Positions 8,923 through 18,185 are shown, numbered from the stretch's first letter. The stretch: 64,000 nucleotides of DNA from Gemmatimonadaceae bacterium (GCA_019637355.1 JAHBVT010000001.1:1145192-1209191); one strand, 5' to 3'. The notes: a model not told the origin generated them from the sequence alone. Made by a program: numbers and translations.

Positions 8923-9756
8923 ATGGATCGTGTTGCCGTGTTTGTCGATGCCGGTTACGTATTTGCTCAGGGCTCCGTCCTTCTCAGTGGCCAGAAGCAG
9001 CCTCGTGGAGACCTCCGACTGCACGCTGTCGCTGCCCTGCAGGCCCTGACGGCGTTTGCCGAATCGACGGCGGCGCTGCCGCTACTTCGGATTTACTGGT
9101 ACGACGGCACGTCAGTCGGCCCCACTGCTCAACACACCGCGCTGGCGCACCTTCCCTCAGTCAAGGTTCGCCTTGGCTTCGTGAATCGCGCGGGAGAGCA
9201 GAAGGGAGTGGATTCGTTGATTGTGACCGACATGATCAGTCTCGCACGCAACCGGGGGATGGCCGATGCCGTTCTCGTGTCGGGGGACGAGGATCTGCGA
9301 GTCGGAGTGCAACAGGCGCAAGAGTTCGGAGTTCGTGTGCACCTTCTTGGTATTGAACCGAGTCGCGGAAATCAATCGCAGTTTCTCCTGCAGGAAGCGG
9401 ATACGTGCCACGAGTGGACGGCAAGCGATGTGGCCGCGTTTCTCGCGTACGTGCCACGCGACGCTCAAGCGAAGCACGCGACTCCAGTCCCTTCGGGGGT
9501 CGTCGCGCCACAGGGAAGCACGGGACACCCCTACGACGCAGTCATTCGCGAGACGGCGCTTGAGCTTTCGCGTGAGCTGCTGCCTCTCATTGTCTCGGGG
9601 TACAAGGCGGCCGCCCAGATTCCGCGCGAGGTCGATGCGAAGCTCCTCGCCCGCGCGCGCAGGGTGCTGTCCCGCGACTTGGAGCCAAGAGAGAAGAAAG
9701 ACCTCCGCATTCGCTTCATCTCGTTCTGCGAGCGCCGGGTGACGGGCCCAGGCTAG
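8923..9756 (+). CDS. NYN domain (LabA/DUF88, PIN-like) ribonuclease
   Basis: Motifs VAVFVDAGY, LRIYWYDG, EQKGVDSLIVTDM, VLVSGDEDL, GVRVHLLGI. Confidence 0.9.
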   Translation: MDRVAVFVDAGYVFAQGSVLLSGQKQPRGDLRLHAVAALQALTAFAESTAALPLLRIYWYDGTSVGPTAQHTALAHLPSVKVRLGFVNRAGEQKGVDSLIVTDMISLARNRGMADAVLVSGDEDLRVGVQQAQEFGVRVHLLGIEPSRGNQSQFLLQEADTCHEWTASDVAAFLAYVPRDAQAKHATPVPSGVVAPQGSTGHPYDAVIRETALELSRELLPLIVSGYKAAAQIPREVDAKLLARARRVLSRDLEPREKKDLRIRFISFCERRVTGPG

Positions 9757-9865
9757 TGCTCTGTCCCGGGCGCTCCCGCTCCTCGCCTCTCCATCAAGCT
9801 CTCGGCCGTACGCTACTTGCCGCGCGTCACGTGACGCGTTACAATCGCTATCAGGAGGAGGTGCT

Positions 9866-10180
9866 ATGGCAATCGCGAATACCAAGGCCCGCGAGGCTCG
9901 GCCAATTCACCCTGGCGAAATTTTGCGTGAGGATTTCGTGCCCCAGTACGGCCTCACGGTGGCTGGGCTCGCTGCGGCTGCGGGTGTGTCGCGGCAGTCG
10001 ATCAACGAGCTCCTGCGCGAGCGCCGGGCGCTGAGCCCCGAGATGGCCCTGCGCTTGAGTGCGCTTTTCGGGACAACGCCGGACTTCTGGCTCAACCTGC
10101 AGCGCAACGTGGATCTGTGGGATGCGGGCAGGGCGCTCAAGCGGTCAGGCACGAGGATCCGTCGGCTGCGCGTCGCCTGA
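9866..10180 (+). CDS. higA: HigA-family addiction-module antitoxin (orphan)
   Basis: Motifs PIHPGEILREDF, LSPEMALRLSALFGTTPDFWLNLQRNVDL; strong RBS aggaggagg. Confidence 0.9.
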   Translation: MAIANTKAREARPIHPGEILREDFVPQYGLTVAGLAAAAGVSRQSINELLRERRALSPEMALRLSALFGTTPDFWLNLQRNVDLWDAGRALKRSGTRIRRLRVA

Positions 10181-10242
10181 ATCGCTCGGCCACCGCGGAG
10201 TTGCGCGCCGTAGTCGCGTCTTCTGCGTGCTAGAGGCGCGGG

Positions 10243-10300
10243 GCGGGAGCGTCCGAAGGGGCCGTGCGCGAAGCGGTCAGGCCCCGTAGGACGCTCCCGC
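10243..10300. repeat. REP-like palindrome, copy 1
   Basis: Arms GCGGGAGCGTCC / GGACGCTCCCGC around the core GAAGGGGCCGTGCGCGAAGCGGTCAGGCCCCGTA. Confidence 0.85.
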
Positions 10301-10329
10301 TCTGCGCCAACCGGATGACAGCAATAACC

Positions 10330-10386
10330 GGTATAAAAATACCAGTAAGACTGTTCAAAGCACCATAAGTGGTGTATATTTACCAC
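10330..10386 (+). promoter_or_regulatory. AT-rich promoter/operator region of the hipBA-like operon
   Basis: Inverted repeats GGTAT-AAAA-ATACC, CACCA-TAAG-TGGTG and GTGGT-N8-ACCAC; -10-like TATATT at 10375-10380. Confidence 0.55.
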
Positions 10387-10388
10387 AT

Positions 10389-10676
10389 ATGGACACTTCA
10401 TTGAATACGCTCCCTCAGCGCATCGCCGAACGCCTGCGAGCGCGACGCCTCGCCTTGGGCTGGTCGCGCCGCACGCTCGCCGAGCGCGCCGCCGTAGCCC
10501 CCGAGACGCTGCGCGCCTTCGAGCGCAGCGGGCAGATCTCGCTCGCACGCCTTGTGCGCCTCGCGGTCGCCCTCGGGGTCGACGCCGAGCTCGAGCGGCT
10601 GTTCGTGGTGGCCCCGGCACCGCGCTCGCTCGACGAACTCGCGCCGCCGGCCCCGCGCCGCCAGCGGGGGCGCTGA
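10389..10676 (+). CDS. XRE-family HTH antitoxin (HipB-like)
   Basis: RLRARRLALGWSRRTLAERAAVAPETLRAFERSGQISL; directly upstream of hipA. Confidence 0.85.
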   Translation: MDTSLNTLPQRIAERLRARRLALGWSRRTLAERAAVAPETLRAFERSGQISLARLVRLAVALGVDAELERLFVVAPAPRSLDELAPPAPRRQRGR

Positions 10677-10681
10677 GCCCG

Positions 10682-11914
10682 GTGGACGAGCAACTCCACG
10701 TCCTGCTCGCAGACGGGCCGTCCCCGCGGCGCGTGGGACGGCTGCGCGACGTGGGCACCGGCCCGCACTTTGAGTTCGATCCTGACTTCCTCGGCGAGGG
10801 CATCGAGCTCTCACCGCTGACGCTCCCGCTGCGCGCCGGCGTGGTCGGGCCAGGGCCTCGGCATTGGCACCGGCTGCGCGGACTGTTCGGCGATGCCATC
10901 CCCGACGGATTCGGGCTCAAGGTGCTGCACCAGGCGCTGCGTCGCGGCGGGCGCGACCCGCGCCGCGTGACGCCGCTGCAACTGCTCGCCGCCGTGGGCG
11001 ATCGCGGGATGGGGGCGCTGTGCTACCGGCCAGCCGACGCGCTGTGGGGGGAGCCAGCGGAACTGCCGTCGCTGGCCGAACTCTCCGCCGAGGCCGCGCG
11101 GGTAGATGCCGGCGACATCGACGAGCTGCCCGACGCGCTACGGCGCGCCGCCGGTGCGTCGGGCGGCGTACGGCCCAAGGTGGCGGTCGCGCTGCACGCG
11201 GATGGGCGCGTGCGCGACGCCAGCCTGCCTCTGGCCGAGGGCTTCCGGCCCGTACTCGTGAAGTTCCGCGCCGCGCTGGATCCCGCGACGCAGGTGCCGG
11301 TGGAGGCGGCGTACCTCCAGATGGCCGCCGCTGCCGGACTGCAGGTGCCGCGGCAGGAGCTGGTCGCGTTGCCCGGCGGCGAGGCGGCGCTGGTGCTCGA
11401 TCGCTTCGACCGCAGCGGGGATGGGCGGCTGCACGTGCAGAGCTTTGCGGCGCTGCTCGAGCTGGACTTCCGGGTGGATCTGGTGGACTACGACACCCTG
11501 CTCGACACGACGCGTCGCCTGACGCGCGACTTTGCGCAGGTGGAGCAGGCGCTGCGGCTCGCCGCGTTCAACGTGCTGGCGGGCAATCGCGACGACCACA
11601 TCAAGAACATCTCGTTCGTGATGTCGCCCGACGGCCGCTGGCGGCTGGCGCCGGCGTACGACCTGACGCCGAGCGTCGGCGGCGGGTACCACGCGATGTC
11701 CTGCGACGGGGAGTCCGTACGGCCCACCGCCGCGCACGTCGAGCGCGTGGGCCTGCGGGCGGGCTTCGATCGCTCCCAGGTCCGCGCGGTGCTGGAGGAA
11801 GCGCAGGCGGCCCTCGCGCGGTGGGAGGAGTTCGCCGAGGCCAGCGCGGTACCCGCGCAGGTGCGGCGTGAGGTGGGGCGATCGCTCGGAGGGAGGGAGT
11901 CGCCGCGCCCGTAG
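10682..11914 (+). CDS. hipA: HipA-family kinase toxin
   Basis: Motifs LFGDAIPDGFG, ASGGVRPKV, LVLDRFDR, GNRDDHIKNISF, WRLAPAYDL. Confidence 0.92.
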   Translation: MDEQLHVLLADGPSPRRVGRLRDVGTGPHFEFDPDFLGEGIELSPLTLPLRAGVVGPGPRHWHRLRGLFGDAIPDGFGLKVLHQALRRGGRDPRRVTPLQLLAAVGDRGMGALCYRPADALWGEPAELPSLAELSAEAARVDAGDIDELPDALRRAAGASGGVRPKVAVALHADGRVRDASLPLAEGFRPVLVKFRAALDPATQVPVEAAYLQMAAAAGLQVPRQELVALPGGEAALVLDRFDRSGDGRLHVQSFAALLELDFRVDLVDYDTLLDTTRRLTRDFAQVEQALRLAAFNVLAGNRDDHIKNISFVMSPDGRWRLAPAYDLTPSVGGGYHAMSCDGESVRPTAAHVERVGLRAGFDRSQVRAVLEEAQAALARWEEFAEASAVPAQVRREVGRSLGGRESPRP

Positions 11915-11943
11915 GGGCCGTGCGCGAAGCGGATGAGCCCCGC
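11895..11943. repeat. REP-like palindrome, copy 2 (degenerate right half); supplies the hipA stop codon
   Basis: GGGAGTCGCCGCGCCCGTAGGGGCCGTGCGCGAAGCGG is identical to the copy at 12760. Confidence 0.75.
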
Positions 11944-12073
11944 AACTCGATGGTACAGGCGATCTGGAGTTGGAGGCCGATGATGCGTCAGCCTCGCCGC
12001 GGACACGTAGTGCTCTTGTGTCCTCCGCGGAGCGGTACGCCATTGACGTATACCACTCCACTCGGTACGTTAC

Positions 12074-12397
12074 GTGCACATCATCGAGACTGCGGCGTTC
12101 TCGCGACGCGCGCACGACTTGCTCTCGGACGAGGAGTTCCGGCTGCTGGAGTCCGCTCTGGTGCGTCGGCCGCTTGCCGGAGTTCTGATTCCCGGGACTC
12201 ACGGGCTGCGGAAGCTACGCTGGGCGCTCTCCGGCAGAGGCAAGCGCGGTGGCGCTCGTGTGATTTACTACGTCCGCACTGACGCGGGGCGACTGTACTT
12301 GCTCTACATCTACGCCAAGAACGAACGGGAAGACCTGACGTTGGCCGAGCTGCGCGACATTCGCGCCTACCTGTCCGCCGAGGACGAGGGGGACTGA
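12074..12397 (+). CDS. RelE/HigB-family toxin
   Basis: Motifs IIETAAFSRR, GVLIPGTHGLRKLRW, GKRGGARVIYY, LLYIYAKNEREDL. Confidence 0.9.
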   Translation: MHIIETAAFSRRAHDLLSDEEFRLLESALVRRPLAGVLIPGTHGLRKLRWALSGRGKRGGARVIYYVRTDAGRLYLLYIYAKNEREDLTLAELRDIRAYLSAEDEGD

Positions 12398-12810
12398 TGC
12401 GGAAGGAGATGTTCGAGGAACTCCTGCAGAGTATTCGGGAGATGAAGGAGATTGAGGCAGGCCGCCTAAAGCCCGCTCGCATCACGTCGAGCGAGGAGAT
12501 CTTGAGCCGCGATGTTCGTGACGTGGCTGCCCTTCGTCAGCATTTCGGCCTCAGCCAGCGGAAGTTCGCCGCCCTCCTCGGCATCAGCGTCGGGACGCTG
12601 CAGAACTGGGAGCAGGGCCGGCGCCAGCCCGAGGGCCCGGCCCGGGTCCTGCTACGGGTAGCCGCCGCGCATCCGGAAGCCGTGTTGGACGTCGCGAAGG
12701 TGGGGCAGGTGAAGAAGGCGGGGCGGGTGAAGAAGGCGGGGCAGGTGGTGGGGCAGGGAGGGAGTCGCCGCGCCCGTAGGGGCCGTGCGCGAAGCGGTCA
12801 GGCCCCGTAG
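12397..12810 (+). CDS. HTH antitoxin (HigA2/NadS-like) with a repeat-derived C-terminal tail
   Basis: Motifs MRKEMFEELLQSIRE, LSQRKFAALLGISVGTLQNWEQGRRQPEGPARVLL; overlaps the toxin stop (TGATG). Confidence 0.88.
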   Translation: MRKEMFEELLQSIREMKEIEAGRLKPARITSSEEILSRDVRDVAALRQHFGLSQRKFAALLGISVGTLQNWEQGRRQPEGPARVLLRVAAAHPEAVLDVAKVGQVKKAGRVKKAGQVVGQGGSRRARRGRARSGQAP

Positions 12811-12825
12811 GGCGCGGCGGCTCCC
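12760..12825. repeat. REP-like palindrome, copy 3
   Basis: Arms GGGAGTCGCCGCGCCC / GGGCGCGGCGGCTCCC around the conserved core. Confidence 0.85.
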
Positions 12826-12890
12826 GACCGAGCACGCCGATCCCAGAGCAGCCGTCGCGTTCCAACACGCCCTGCGCGTATCTTTCCAAA

Positions 12891-13223
12891 ATGACCGTTT
12901 CCACGCCCTCACCCGCCGCCGCGTGGGTCGCCGCGCACTCGGGCGACGCCCCGCCGGCGCTGATCGCCCGGGTCCAGGACATCCTCGCCGCCGATGCCTC
13001 GGCCGCCGGGGAGTCCTCGGTAGCCGAGTCGCTGCTCAAGGCCGGAGAGACGCTCCTAGCCGCCGTACTCAAGGACGGCGAGGCCGGGCGGGCGGTGGCC
13101 CTCGACCTGCTCGCTGCGGACACCTGCGTGACCTGGGCCTTCGAGGCCGCCGCAGCCGAGCCCGGCACGCTGCCCGAGCGCGCGGAATCGGCGATGCGCC
13201 GCATCGCGGAGCTCGCCCGGTGA
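12891..13223 (+). CDS. Hypothetical protein
   Basis: Host-like codon usage; ALDLLAADTCVTWAFEAAA; overlaps the gmhA start (GTGA). Confidence 0.7.
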   Translation: MTVSTPSPAAAWVAAHSGDAPPALIARVQDILAADASAAGESSVAESLLKAGETLLAAVLKDGEAGRAVALDLLAADTCVTWAFEAAAAEPGTLPERAESAMRRIAELAR

Positions 13224-13801
13224 GCAAGCACACGGTGCAGTCCGCCGCGCAGCACCTGCAGGACCTGGCCGCGACGGCCGCGCGCACGGCCGAGGCGCTG
13301 GGGCCGCAGATCGCCCAGGCCACGCAGTGGACGCGGGAGTGCCTGGCGGCCGGCGGAACCTTGTTCTTCTGCGGCAACGGCGGCTCGGCGGCCGACGCGC
13401 AGCACATCGCCACCGAGTACACCATCCGCTACCTGCGGGAGCGGAAGGCGCTGCGGGCGGTGGCCCTGACCACCGACACTAGCGCACTTACCGCGGCCGG
13501 GAATGACTTCGGCTTCGACGAGGTCTTCAGCCGTCAGGTCGAGGCGCTGGGGCGGGCAGGGGACCTGCTCTTCGTGCACACGACCAGTGGCAACTCGCCC
13601 AATTGTTTACGCGCAATAGAGTCCGCGCGAGCCCTCGGGATGAAGACCGTGGCCCTGACCGCCAAGGACGGTGGCAAGGTGAAGGGGATGGCCGACCTGA
13701 CGCTGATCGTGCCTACCACGCGGACCGACCGGGCGCAGGAGTTGCACCTCGCGATCCAGCACGCCATCTGCGATGCGGTGGACGCCGAGGTGGCGGGATG
13801 A
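13220..13801 (+). CDS. gmhA: Phosphoheptose isomerase (SIS domain)
   Basis: Motifs FCGNGGSAADAQHIATE, AAGNDFGFDEVFSRQVEA, TSGNSPN, RAQELHL. Confidence 0.93.
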   Translation: MSKHTVQSAAQHLQDLAATAARTAEALGPQIAQATQWTRECLAAGGTLFFCGNGGSAADAQHIATEYTIRYLRERKALRAVALTTDTSALTAAGNDFGFDEVFSRQVEALGRAGDLLFVHTTSGNSPNCLRAIESARALGMKTVALTAKDGGKVKGMADLTLIVPTTRTDRAQELHLAIQHAICDAVDAEVAG

Positions 13802-14568
13802 GCGTGCCGGCGATGTTCTCGCTGAAGGGCAAGCGGGCGGTGGTGACGGGCGGCTCGCGGGGGATTGGCGGGGCCTGTTCCGAGCTGCTGGCCGAGTGTG
13901 GGGCGGACGTGTGCTTGGGTTACCGGTCGCGGGCGGCAGACGCCCGAGCGATGGTGACAAAGCTCACTGGCCTCGGGGTGCGATCGGTGGCACATTCTAG
14001 CGACTTGGGGACGGCCGCAGGCGCGGATTCGCTCATCGCCGCGGCCGTCTCGGCGTTTGGCGGGGTGGACATCGTGATCCACTCGGCGGGGATCTGGCCG
14101 GTGGAGGACGTTCCGGTGCAGGAGATGAGCGACGAGCGCTGGCATCGGACGATGCGGGAGAACCTGGATGCGATGTTCTTCGTTTCGAGAGCGGCTGCGC
14201 GCGTGTTGGGGGATGGCGGGCGGATCGTGCACATCTCGAGTACGGCGGGGCAGCGTGGGGAAGCGGGACACGCGGACTATGCGGCGACGAAGGGGGCGAT
14301 GATTTCGTTCGTCAAGTCGCAAGCGATTGAGCTGGCGCGGCGTGGGATGACGGTGAACTGCGTGGCGCCGGGGTGGGTGGATACGGAGATGTGTGCGGTG
14401 CCGTATGCGGATGGTGGGAAGGCCCGCATTGAAGCGGGGATTCCGAATGGTCGAGTGGCGAGTCCGACAGATGTGGCGTGGGCGGCGGTGGCGTTGTGTG
14501 CGCCGGGGGCGCGGCATCTGGTCGGTGAAATCGTGAACGTCAATGGTGGGGCGGTGCTCTGTGGATAG
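13798..14568 (+). CDS. SDR-family oxidoreductase (FabG-like)
   Basis: Motifs VVTGGSRGIG, YAATK, VNCVAPGWVDT. Confidence 0.92.
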   Translation: MSVPAMFSLKGKRAVVTGGSRGIGGACSELLAECGADVCLGYRSRAADARAMVTKLTGLGVRSVAHSSDLGTAAGADSLIAAAVSAFGGVDIVIHSAGIWPVEDVPVQEMSDERWHRTMRENLDAMFFVSRAAARVLGDGGRIVHISSTAGQRGEAGHADYAATKGAMISFVKSQAIELARRGMTVNCVAPGWVDTEMCAVPYADGGKARIEAGIPNGRVASPTDVAWAAVALCAPGARHLVGEIVNVNGGAVLCG

Positions 14569-14572
14569 TGCG

Positions 14573-16984
14573 ATGAAGCTGAATCGGATTCTCACGGTGT
14601 GCGTGGCGGCGCTACTAACCGTACTGCCGTTGCGCTCTTACGGACAGGCGCCGACTGGTGAGCAGATTCGCTCGCGGATTCAGGCGTCTGGTTTGACGCC
14701 CGATCAGATTCGAGATCGACTTGCGAGTGCCGGATACTCGCGCACGCTACTCGACGGCTACCTAGGGTCTGTCGGCGGTGCCGCGCCAGCGCCCTCACAG
14801 GACATATTGGACGCGCTCTCGAAGCTCAGCCCTGAGGCAGTACGAGCCCAAGGCGTGACTGACGTGCCAGTCGAAAGCGGACTAGAGTCACGACCCAGGC
14901 CGCGCGACGACGGGGTGGTCGATGGGGTCAAGATCTTCGGTCTTGACGTGTTTCGTGCACGTTCGTCTCAGTTTCAACCGCTCTTAGCAGGCCCGGTTCC
15001 CGATTCTTACCGTCTCGGTGCCGGTGACCTGATGGTTCTTGTGGTCTCGGGGGACGTCGAACTCGTGCACAATCTCGAGGTGACTCGAGACGGCTTCGTC
15101 CTCATTCCTCAGGTTGGGCAGATCTACGTATCAAGTATGACGATGGCACAGGTCAAGCAGACGCTCAGGACACGTCTTGGAGCTGCTTACTCTGGCATTC
15201 GCACCGGGAGCACGCAGTTCGACCTGACGCTTGCGCGGCTCCGCACCAACCAAGTCTTTGTCATCGGAGAAGTCGTTCAGCCTGGCGCGTATCAGCTGGC
15301 CTCTGTAGCCACCGTCCTAAACGCCCTTTACGCGGCTGGTGGTCCCACCGAACGCGGCAGTATGCGTCAGGTGCGGGTTGAGCGGCAGGGCCGCACTATC
15401 GCGGTGTTTGATCTGTATGATTACCTGTTGCGCGGCGACACCAAGTCAGATCTCATGCTTGAGATGGGGGATGTGGTATTTGTGCCCGTCCACGGCGTCC
15501 GAGCGGCGCTTCAAGGCGCCGTCATCCGCCCGGCGATCTATGAACTCGCCAGTGAGCAGACTCTCACCGACTTGGTTGACGCAGCGGGCGGATTCTCACC
15601 GGAGGCCGCACTCCGAAGGATTTCAATTTCGCGAATTTTGCCGGCGGACCGGCGCGTACCTGGAGCACCTGATCGTGTCATTCTTGATGTTCCCGTTGAG
15701 CAGGTAGCCGGCGGGCGCGCGCCGGCTGTTCCGATTGCACCGGGAGACGAAGTCCACGTCTTCGAAGTTTCTACAAGCCGTCGGGCTATCGTGGAGTTGA
15801 AGGGGGCGGTGTATCAACCCGGCACGTTTGGATGGCGGCCCGGTCTCCGGATTAGTGAAGTCGTAAAGCTCGCGGGGGGAGTGAAGCCGGCCGTCCTCGC
15901 AGACATGGCGCACATAGAGCGACTCAATCAGGCGGACTCAACGCGCTACTTGATCCGCATTGGCGTGCCTGCCGACTCAACTCAGCCATGGCCCAATGAT
16001 GTCGTGCTCGAAGAGTATGATGTCGTGACCATCTTTGGCCGGGAAAATCTGCGTCAGAATCGAACCGTCCATATAAGCGGCCTCGTTGACGCTCCGGGTA
16101 CGTTCGAGTACACCGAGGGGATGACAGTTCGCGACTTAATATTGATGGCCGGTGGCCTGCTGGATGGCGCGTTGCTCGACACAGTTGAAGTTGCACGTCT
16201 CCCTCTCAACCGCAATAGTGGTCAGCTCGCGCGCATTTATCGGTTTCCGTTGGATTCGACGTATCTGTTTGAGCCGAAGGGCACAAGTTTTCGATTCCTT
16301 CCGGGGCCACCGGCGCGCGCTGCTGGTGCGACCGAAATCGTGCTCGAACCGTTTGACCGCGTGACGGTATTTCGGCAGCCTGAGTTTGAGTTGCAGCGCA
16401 CCGTGCTGGTCGAAGGCGAAGTGGTTTTTCCTGGGACGTTCTCGCTTCTCAGCAAGACTGAGCGGCTGAGTTCGGTCATTCGGCGCGCCGGTGGGTTGTC
16501 ACCTACCGCGTATGCGCGCGGTGCGCAGCTTGTGCGCGCCGCAGAGGACGCGGGAGCAGTGGACTTGAATCTCGAGGCTGCTCTCAGGGAGCCAGGTGGC
16601 CGGAGCGACCCGATCCTGAAGCCGGGCGATGTTGTCCGAGTCCCGGAATACAACGTTGTCGTGAAGGTTCGAGGCGGAGTCATCGATCCCGTTTCGGTGC
16701 AGTTCCGTCCCGGCGCCCGACTCAGCTACTACATCCGCGTGGCGGGGGGATACTCTCGGAGTGCTGACCGGTCAAGGGTGAGCATTCGCTATGCCAATGG
16801 TTCAGCAGACGTCAGGCGCAGGCAGTTGCTGCTGTTCCGAGTGGATCCGGAGGTGCAGCCAGGCGCTCTGATTACTGTCGGCGTGAAGCCGGACGCGGAG
16901 CCGTTGAACACAACCGCGTTCCTTGCGTCTCTAGCGCAGATTCTTGCTAGCACGGCGACGATCATTGTCATCATGAACCGATGA
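14573..16984 (+). CDS. Polysaccharide export protein with multiple SLBB domains (OPX, KpsD/Wza-like)
   Basis: Signal peptide; YRLGAGD; DGFVLIPQVG; repeated V.V.GEV..PG.Y and L...AGG units; C-terminal helix. Confidence 0.88.
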   Translation: MKLNRILTVCVAALLTVLPLRSYGQAPTGEQIRSRIQASGLTPDQIRDRLASAGYSRTLLDGYLGSVGGAAPAPSQDILDALSKLSPEAVRAQGVTDVPVESGLESRPRPRDDGVVDGVKIFGLDVFRARSSQFQPLLAGPVPDSYRLGAGDLMVLVVSGDVELVHNLEVTRDGFVLIPQVGQIYVSSMTMAQVKQTLRTRLGAAYSGIRTGSTQFDLTLARLRTNQVFVIGEVVQPGAYQLASVATVLNALYAAGGPTERGSMRQVRVERQGRTIAVFDLYDYLLRGDTKSDLMLEMGDVVFVPVHGVRAALQGAVIRPAIYELASEQTLTDLVDAAGGFSPEAALRRISISRILPADRRVPGAPDRVILDVPVEQVAGGRAPAVPIAPGDEVHVFEVSTSRRAIVELKGAVYQPGTFGWRPGLRISEVVKLAGGVKPAVLADMAHIERLNQADSTRYLIRIGVPADSTQPWPNDVVLEEYDVVTIFGRENLRQNRTVHISGLVDAPGTFEYTEGMTVRDLILMAGGLLDGALLDTVEVARLPLNRNSGQLARIYRFPLDSTYLFEPKGTSFRFLPGPPARAAGATEIVLEPFDRVTVFRQPEFELQRTVLVEGEVVFPGTFSLLSKTERLSSVIRRAGGLSPTAYARGAQLVRAAEDAGAVDLNLEAALREPGGRSDPILKPGDVVRVPEYNVVVKVRGGVIDPVSVQFRPGARLSYYIRVAGGYSRSADRSRVSIRYANGSADVRRRQLLLFRVDPEVQPGALITVGVKPDAEPLNTTAFLASLAQILASTATIIVIMNR

Positions 16985-17039
16985 GCGGTGCTGTGGATAT
17001 TACCGGCGTGCTTATGGGCAACACTCGCCCGCCCACGCA

Positions 17040-18185
17040 ATGATCGAACTGTCGCTTGCGCTAGGTTCGATTGGCTGGATTTCATACTGCGTTTTCATCT
17101 ATCCGATCATCGTCTCCATAGCTGGTCGGATGCGGCCGGTTGAGGTGCGCGCAGATTCGTTGTACATGCCGAAGGTCACTTTGATCGTGACCGCGCGGAA
17201 CGAAGAAGCATCGGTTCTTCAGAAGCTCCGAAACGCGCTGGCTAGCGAGTATCCGGCGGATCGACTTCGCGTGCTACTAGTCTCGGACGGTTCCACGGAC
17301 AGGACGGTTGAGCTCGCGAACGAGCTGAAATCTCTGAACGGCGAGAGGCTCGACATCTTGCCGTTCGCTGGCAGCCGAGGCAAGACCGCCGCGCTCATGG
17401 ACGGTATCGAGCGCGTGCGACACTCATCCGACGTCATCGTGATTTCAGATGCGAACAGCATTTTCGCGCCGGATGCCGTGGCACGTTTGGTGGCGAACTT
17501 TGCCGATGAGCGCGTTGGCTGTGTGGCAGGCGAGCTAAGATACCAATCCAAGACCGGCGAGAAAGCTTATCGCGGTGTCGAGAACAAGCTGCGAGAGATG
17601 GAGAGTCGCATCGGAGTGTCGGTAGGTGCGGAAGGCGCGATCTACGCAGTCCGAGCAGCGGACGTTCCCACGATTCGAGGCGACTTGATTGACGACTTCA
17701 CGATTCCATTGCTGATCCAGTCGCGCGGGAGACTGGTCGCATACGAGTCGTTGGCTGTGGCGAACGAGGAGTTCTTCCTCGATTGGCGGCAGCAGTACGC
17801 TCGAAGGAGGCGAATCGTGAATCGGTGCATTCGCTCCTCAGTTGTCGTTCCAGGGTTGTACAATCCATTTCGCACCCCCTTGGCGAGCTTCGCGTTCATA
17901 TCGCATCGGCTAATGCGTTGGACAATCGCTGTGCCGTTGCTAACGTTGCTAGTCGTGGCCGCGTTGCAGGTTACCTCCGCATATCCATGGAATCTGATTG
18001 CCGTAACCCCAGCAATGTTCGCTGGATGGGTCGCATTAGGTACTCTCCTGCGCGATCAGAGTGGCGTCCCACGGGTGCTGAGCATGGGACTCTTCGGCAC
18101 ACTCGCAGTCACAGCAATGGCGCACGGGGTGTTCAGTGCCGTGCGGGGCGAGCGTGTAGTGCAGTGGAAACCACAACGGAGCTAA
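17040..18185 (+). CDS. Glycosyltransferase family 2
   Basis: Motifs VTARNEE, VSDGSTDRT, ISDANS, DDF, RRRRI. Confidence 0.9.
   Translation: MIELSLALGSIGWISYCVFIYPIIVSIAGRMRPVEVRADSLYMPKVTLIVTARNEEASVLQKLRNALASEYPADRLRVLLVSDGSTDRTVELANELKSLNGERLDILPFAGSRGKTAALMDGIERVRHSSDVIVISDANSIFAPDAVARLVANFADERVGCVAGELRYQSKTGEKAYRGVENKLREMESRIGVSVGAEGAIYAVRAADVPTIRGDLIDDFTIPLLIQSRGRLVAYESLAVANEEFFLDWRQQYARRRRIVNRCIRSSVVVPGLYNPFRTPLASFAFISHRLMRWTIAVPLLTLLVVAALQVTSAYPWNLIAVTPAMFAGWVALGTLLRDQSGVPRVLSMGLFGTLAVTAMAHGVFSAVRGERVVQWKPQRS

Noticed and set aside
9756-10034. ORF 9756-10034 as the missing HigB toxin
   Set aside because: It has no RelE/HigB motifs and overlaps higA in another frame for most of its length.
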